The notes below the pieces were generated by a model, which saw only the letters and a list, made by a program, of their open reading frames with translations, was not told the origin of the DNA and ran no database searches. This document shows, piece by piece, positions 59,172 through 64,000 of a stretch of 64,000 nt of DNA. The position numbers and the translations under genes were made by a program. Location: the NCBI GenBank assembly GCA_000092065.1, contig CP000588.1; one strand, given 5' to 3'. This DNA is from Ostreococcus lucimarinus. Taxonomy: Eukaryota. Numbering within the stretch: position 1 is the first letter of the stretch; every line of letters begins with the position of its first letter.

Positions 59172-62168
59172 CTAAAACATGAATTCTTTCGGAAACGGCG
59201 CGTGTAAAAATGTGTGGAGCGTCTTCGCTTGCCGTGCGTCGCCAAGGATATCCGCGAGTTCGTCTTCTCTCAGGTCGCACATCTTTTCGATACTTTCAAC
59301 TCGTGCGATGACTCGTCGGTAATTGCCGTCGGTGATACCCGGTAGCCTGCGCAACAAATCGACGGCAGCGTCGTTGAGGTTATCCTTTACGAGTTTGTGC
59401 ACGTCACCGTCGGCATCGGGAACGCCTATTCGCTGCGCAGTTTCGAGTGAGGGTTCAGGCTCAAGCCTTTTTAACTCTGCGAAAATTTCAGCCGTCATGT
59501 GCATCGATCGACTCCAAATAAGACGCAACTTTCGAAAACGTGTGATGAGCATACATATCTTCGTGATGAGATGTTGCTGCCCGACGAAACGAGGAAGGTC
59601 GGCTTCTGCGTGCAGAGCGAACGCTTTTGAGCCGTCAAACTCGATGAGTAGAATCGGTGTCTTATAGTGTTTGCACATCGCTTCGACTTGTGCTATCAAA
59701 CGCCCAGACGCGAAGGACTGAATCAAGTCTGGAATGGCTTTGCGCTCGACGCACATATCGGGCGAGAGGATGTAATCGCCCACTTCTAGCGTCGTCGGGC
59801 GCACTTTGAAACCTGCCGAATGCAACACGCAAGGGAGCGCAGACATGAACTCACGCATATCCACTATGACTTCGAGAGACGAACGAATAGTGAGCGATCT
59901 GCCTCCTTTACGCGTACTCGCCTCTTGCGACTCCTCGATTCGATGTCGAGCGGTCGAGCTCGGCAACGACAACGGCAACGGATTCTCTGAATCGGTCCAA
60001 CCCTCTTGTTCAGCGGGAACAGCCATATGCTGCTTCGTGCGTATGAGGTTTTCGAACGCCGCACTCTCGCGTTTGATGCTACTGAGATACTTTTGCTCCT
60101 CTAATGACGTGTCGTACACCAAAAAGTACACCTTGACCGGGACGTCCGGGCGCGTCGCCTGATAGACTTCGAGTTCACGGATGAATGACGCGTCTGGATC
60201 ATACATCACCACGAACGAAGGCTGAATGCGGTTCAGCAGGTTCAATTTGCGCTCGTGCGCGTACACGTACATGTTATCGGTATCGCGCTTAACGGTCGAG
60301 CGCGTGCGCGTATCGCCGACTACGATGACTTCGTCGTCGCTAGCCGCCGCGTCCTCTTCCGCTTTCATTTCTATTTTGATATCTAACTCTTTCGCCGCCT
60401 TCGTAGCCTTCATCTTCTTATCCGCGTCTTCGGCCTTCTTCGCAGCGACTAGGGTCTTCTTCGCCTCCGCTGCGGCCGCCGCTAAGAGTTTGTTCTCGTC
60501 AGATTTCCCATCTTTCGCCGGCCCCGGATCTTCGTCGATTTCTCGACCCTCCATTCTCGCCTGAATGCGCTCGAGTTTTGAATACACACGCTGAGGCTTC
60601 TGCGCCGCACCGCGCCCACCACCACGGCCACTACCACGGCCACCACCGCGCCCGGCACCGCGCCATCCCGTCTGTCGCTTCGTCACTTGCGCCGCCACGT
60701 TCTTCCCGCCCCGGCTAAACAAGTAATCGACCCAATGCGCATTCATCAGCGCCGGCGTTCCGTAACGAATGCAGTACTCCAGTTGCCGCGCCACGTGCTC
60801 TTCTTTACACACAATCAACGTCGCTCCTTGCTTGTATTTTAACATTCTATGCGTGCCGTGCTCTTGGGACTCATACGGCTGAGAAAACGTCAGGTCCACG
60901 ACCGTTTCGGAGTCCGCCACGGCGAGGAGCTCTCCGCCTTGCCGACGTTCTTCGTCTATTTCATCTAAAATCTCTTCCATGAGCGTCCATTTTGGCATGG
61001 GTTCTAAAATCGGAATCAAGTCCGTCTCTGTGATTTGTGGTGGAAGCGGTCGCTTTGCGCCCAAGCCTTTCGGTTGCGCCGCCGCGGCTTTACGCTTGAG
61101 CAGGTAAACTCGCTTTTTCGCGTACTCGAAAATCGCGTGCGAGGCCTCTGTGAACATCCACATGCTCTCACGTGACTCACTCGCTCGCAACGCCTGCAAG
61201 TACTTCAAAAACGTGACTGAATCGTACTTCAGCAACGCATCTGCGAGTAAGCGGAGCGTCTTTAAATCGTACACGATCTGTTTCACTCGTCTCGGCGCGA
61301 TGTGCCACACCTTGTCGAGTTGTCGCTGCAAAATCAAATCGAAGCTCTTGAACAACCCACTCTCGAGCGTTAAATCGCTCGTGTCGATGTAGCGACTTTT
61401 CTTCAACTCAGCCATGCACGAATCCATGACGCTGACGATCGCTTCTTGAATCTTCAACACGTTCTCGCTCATCGGCTGTCTCAATTCGATCACCTCTGGC
61501 GGACGCGCGTCTAAATCGTCCTTCACTCGCAAATGAAATCGCGGCCACAGATGCACGCGCGTGAGCATCAGCGCCTTCAAACATCGTTCCACGCTATTAA
61601 AGCCGCGCGTCAAATCCCCAGGGCGATCGCTGATCGCCCGCACGTATCCTTTCCTATTCCCCTCTCTAAACAACCGCACGACGAACCCCTCCCCCGACGT
61701 CTCGTTCGTCCTATGCGCCGAGCACACTATGATCCCTCGCACTCGCTTCGCGTCCAGCCTCCCACTCAACAAATCCACGCTCGCGATTCGAGTCGTCACG
61801 AACGCCACGCATCCCGCGTCGTAAAACTTTTTCCTCTTGTCGCCCGCGTAGTCGGCGGTGAACTCCAGCGGCGGCGCCGCGCGCGGAAACAGCGCCGTCA
61901 TACGCTCCTTCACGCTCACTTTCGCGTGCTCACTCGCACCGACGATGAGCGTCACCATGGGTGGTTCGCCTAGAACGTGCGTCTTAGACAGCGCGTCGTC
62001 GACGGCGACGAGCGCGGCGATGACTGCGCTCGCACCGAGTCCTTCGGCGAGAACGCAAAAACCATCGCGCGCGAGCAGTTCCTTGGTGATCTCGCGCTGG
62101 AACGGCAAAAGGTCGGCCCCGTCGACGACCGCTTCGCTCGGACTCGCGTCGGCGAGGACGAGGGACAT
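59172..62168 (-). CDS. ERCC4: DNA repair endonuclease XPF/ERCC4 (Rad1/UVH1 family)
   Basis: N-terminal SF2-helicase-like region. ERCC4 nuclease domain VIVDMREFMSALPCVLHSAGFKVRPTTLEVGDYILSPDMCVERKAIPDLIQSFASGRLIAQVEAMCKHYKTPILLIEFD. C-terminal (HhH)2 LLRRLPGITDGNYRRVIARVESIEKMCDLREDELADILG. Confidence 0.9.
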   Translation of the reverse strand: MSLVLADASPSEAVVDGADLLPFQREITKELLARDGFCVLAEGLGASAVIAALVAVDDALSKTHVLGEPPMVTLIVGASEHAKVSVKERMTALFPRAAPPLEFTADYAGDKRKKFYDAGCVAFVTTRIASVDLLSGRLDAKRVRGIIVCSAHRTNETSGEGFVVRLFREGNRKGYVRAISDRPGDLTRGFNSVERCLKALMLTRVHLWPRFHLRVKDDLDARPPEVIELRQPMSENVLKIQEAIVSVMDSCMAELKKSRYIDTSDLTLESGLFKSFDLILQRQLDKVWHIAPRRVKQIVYDLKTLRLLADALLKYDSVTFLKYLQALRASESRESMWMFTEASHAIFEYAKKRVYLLKRKAAAAQPKGLGAKRPLPPQITETDLIPILEPMPKWTLMEEILDEIDEERRQGGELLAVADSETVVDLTFSQPYESQEHGTHRMLKYKQGATLIVCKEEHVARQLEYCIRYGTPALMNAHWVDYLFSRGGKNVAAQVTKRQTGWRGAGRGGGRGSGRGGGRGAAQKPQRVYSKLERIQARMEGREIDEDPGPAKDGKSDENKLLAAAAAEAKKTLVAAKKAEDADKKMKATKAAKELDIKIEMKAEEDAAASDDEVIVVGDTRTRSTVKRDTDNMYVYAHERKLNLLNRIQPSFVVMYDPDASFIRELEVYQATRPDVPVKVYFLVYDTSLEEQKYLSSIKRESAAFENLIRTKQHMAVPAEQEGWTDSENPLPLSLPSSTARHRIEESQEASTRKGGRSLTIRSSLEVIVDMREFMSALPCVLHSAGFKVRPTTLEVGDYILSPDMCVERKAIPDLIQSFASGRLIAQVEAMCKHYKTPILLIEFDGSKAFALHAEADLPRFVGQQHLITKICMLITRFRKLRLIWSRSMHMTAEIFAELKRLEPEPSLETAQRIGVPDADGDVHKLVKDNLNDAAVDLLRRLPGITDGNYRRVIARVESIEKMCDLREDELADILGDARQAKTLHTFLHAPFPKEFMF

Positions 62169-62286
62169 CGCGCGCGCGTCGCGCGCTCGAATGTGAGGAG
62201 AATCTGGTTGGTCTCCCTCAACTGTTCGTGGCGCTCGGATGGGGCGACTGCGCGAATGTATTAAATGTCGCGCTACATCGCGGTGA

Positions 62287-63660
62287 CTACTGCGCTATCT
62301 TAAAGTAATCGAGCGTTTCGTGCAAAATCTTCTTCTTGCACGCGCGGTAGATGAACCGCACGCGCTCGGCGTCGTCGACGCACGCGCCGGAGCGGAGCGC
62401 GTCGACGTCTTCGGCGAGCGATGTCGGCATTTGGGCCAAGAGTTGTTCGCATCGCGCGGCGATGTCGGCGCGAGCGAATTTGAGCTCATCGCCACAAATT
62501 GGGCCGTTGATATCTCCCGAGGCCTCGGTACCGGCATACATGGCGGCAAAAGCACTGAGAAGTCGCGCGTCGATTCTCCCGGCGCCGAGAGCCTTCAATC
62601 GAGGCTCCGCCGCGGCGAGCTTGGCGTCCGCCGAGCCCTCGGCCTCGAGCGCTTTCGTGACTTCATCGTACGCTGCGTTCGCAGCTTTCTCGCGAATTTC
62701 GCCCTCGGGCCCGTCCCACAACTCTGGATGCGCCACCGAGTGCCACACCATCGCGTGCTCGAGATTGCTAAACAACACGCAATCGTCGTGCGGGTTGTTG
62801 TCCGGCGCGAAGCCGTAATAAATCAAAAAATGATCGTTACTGCGCTCACCGTAAGACATCAACGCCTCCTCGCCCTCTTCAATGTCTCGCGTCGCCGCAA
62901 ACTGAATGACGCCCTCTTCGGCGTCGAGCGTGGACCACGCGATGTTATCCGTCGCCGCAGTCGTCATATCCGTCAGCTCCCCCGTGGTCTCATCCCGCGT
63001 CAACGACGTCACGATATCGCCTCCATGATTCAGCATATCCGCCAACGGCAGCAGCACGCGAAAGTACCCAGCGTTATCCTCCGCGCTCGCCACGCCGTAC
63101 GTCCGCGAGTGCACCACGCCGACGGCGTTCGCGAACGCCTCGTAATCAAAATACGCGTCCCCGAGCGCCTCCGGCGCCTTCTCCCTGAGCGTCTCGTGCC
63201 ATTTTCTACACGCCGCTTGCATCTCTCGTATCTCCGACATCGCCGGCGGGTACTGCACGTCCGCGATCGCCTTTTCATCGTAGTGTATCGGCGACGTCGG
63301 CACGCGTTCCGGAAGCGTCCTCGCGTACGCCGCGTACGCCGACCCCTCGCCCAACTTCTTCTCCTGCAGCAGTCTGCACGCCAATCGCACCCCCCAGGGC
63401 GCTTCCTTCATCGCGTCCCGCGCGCTCTCCGGATGTCCCTTCGCATCGTCGACGATTCCGCTCGCCAGTTTCAGCTCGAGCACGCCTTCGCCCGCGCGCA
63501 GCGCGCGCGTCGCCTCCAACCCTCGTCCCGCGCCCGCGCCCGTCTCCAGCGCCACCGTGAGCCCGCTCCCGCGCGCGCCGCGTTCGACGCACCACCGCAC
63601 CAGCGCGCGCACGTCGTCCGCGTCGCGCGTCGCCGTCGTCGCCGCCGTCGCCGTCGACAT
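62287..63660 (-). CDS. SET-domain lysine methyltransferase, Rubisco LSMT/SETD3-like family
   Basis: GEGVLELKLASGIV (N-SET), YFRVLLPLADMLNHGGDIVT, EEGEEALMSYGERSNDHFLIYYGFAPDNNPHD, and the C-terminal substrate-binding helical domain. The ORF extends to 63834 through a poly-Thr (ACG)n tract. The ATG at 63660 (MSTATAATTATRD) is preferred. Confidence 0.75.
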   Translation of the reverse strand: MSTATAATTATRDADDVRALVRWCVERGARGSGLTVALETGAGAGRGLEATRALRAGEGVLELKLASGIVDDAKGHPESARDAMKEAPWGVRLACRLLQEKKLGEGSAYAAYARTLPERVPTSPIHYDEKAIADVQYPPAMSEIREMQAACRKWHETLREKAPEALGDAYFDYEAFANAVGVVHSRTYGVASAEDNAGYFRVLLPLADMLNHGGDIVTSLTRDETTGELTDMTTAATDNIAWSTLDAEEGVIQFAATRDIEEGEEALMSYGERSNDHFLIYYGFAPDNNPHDDCVLFSNLEHAMVWHSVAHPELWDGPEGEIREKAANAAYDEVTKALEAEGSADAKLAAAEPRLKALGAGRIDARLLSAFAAMYAGTEASGDINGPICGDELKFARADIAARCEQLLAQMPTSLAEDVDALRSGACVDDAERVRFIYRACKKKILHETLDYFKIAQ

Positions 63661-63755
63661 TCGCCGTCCGCCTCGTCCCGCGACGTCCCGCGCGCGCGCG
63701 CGCGTCCGCGACGCGCCGACCGCGCGCGCGCGCGTCGTCGTCGCTCTCGCCGTCG

Positions 63756-63757
<2 letters not shown>

Positions 63758-63796
<39 letters not shown>
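63758..63796. repeat. (GTC)n microsatellite (poly-Thr on the minus strand)
   Basis: gtcgtcgtcgtcgtcgtcgtcgtcgtcgtcgtcgtcgtc. Confidence 0.9.
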
Positions 63797-63798
<2 letters not shown>

Positions 63799-64000
63799 GC
63801 GCGTCGCCGCGTCGCGCGATGCCGGCACACGCATGCTCGCGCGCGAGTCGCGCCCGCGCCTCTCGCGCGCGCGCGCCGCGCTCGCGCGCGTCGCGTGCGT
63901 CGCGCTCCTCCTCGCGCTCGCCGCGCGCGCGCGTCGCGCCGCGCCGGCGCCGCGCGTCGAGCGCGCGCGCGACGACGACGACGACTCGGTGATTCGCGAC

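Noticed and set aside
1-64000. Prokaryotic-type elements (CRISPR arrays, defence-system operons, rRNA/tRNA, IS elements)
   Set aside because: None seen. The gene content and introns are eukaryotic. No direct-repeat/spacer arrays or tRNA-like cloverleaf candidates were found in the AT-richer intergenic segments (2680-2886, 21610-21960, 31510-32050, 48567-48755).

Overview
This window looks like a gene-dense stretch of a very GC-rich (about 65 %) eukaryotic nuclear chromosome, not a prokaryotic locus. I infer this from eukaryote-only proteins (kinesin, importin-beta, LETM1, DEK, PCID2, XPF/ERCC4, DNA primase large subunit, JmjN/JmjC, ankyrin with a CaaX box), N-terminal Ala/Arg/Thr-rich transit-peptide-like extensions, and at least two spliceosomal introns with GTAAGT/GTGCGT...CAG boundaries. 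Compactness, GC content, (ACG)n microsatellites and many plastid-type genes (NADP-MDH with a C-terminal redox cysteine pair, chlorophyll synthase, IspH, L-aspartate oxidase, BSD2-like, Rubisco-LSMT-like SET) fit a prasinophyte green alga such as Micromonas; that assignment is an inference. I support about 36 protein-coding genes on both strands, several with only 20-200 bp between neighbours. Because GC content is so high, long spurious ORFs occur on every strand, so I chose gene frames by domain content and GC3 bias. N-terminal coordinates are approximate, and the first ATG after a low-complexity leader is often uncertain. There is no CRISPR array, no rRNA or tRNA, and no prokaryote-style defence island. 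The features most worth a second look are: (1) a roughly 150-bp tandem duplication in the bidirectional promoter between PCID2 and NADP-MDH carrying a TGAGTCA (AP-1/GCN4-type) motif; (2) an AT-richer intron in the Dus gene with internal direct and inverted repeats, i.e. introner or mobile-element-like; (3) a DUF3883 (NO VEIN C-terminal, PD-(D/E)xK-like) protein without the usual ATPase domain; (4) a small ankyrin protein with a polybasic CaaX tail, split by an intron; (5) a JmjN/JmjC demethylase with no in-frame ATG, implying a short 5' exon; (6) a hidden two-WW-domain mini-protein and a BSD2-like CxxCxGxG zinc-finger mini-protein, each inside a long artefactual ORF; (7) a twin-Cx9C (TRIAP1/Mdm35-like) micro-protein 5 bp upstream of the TruB ORF.
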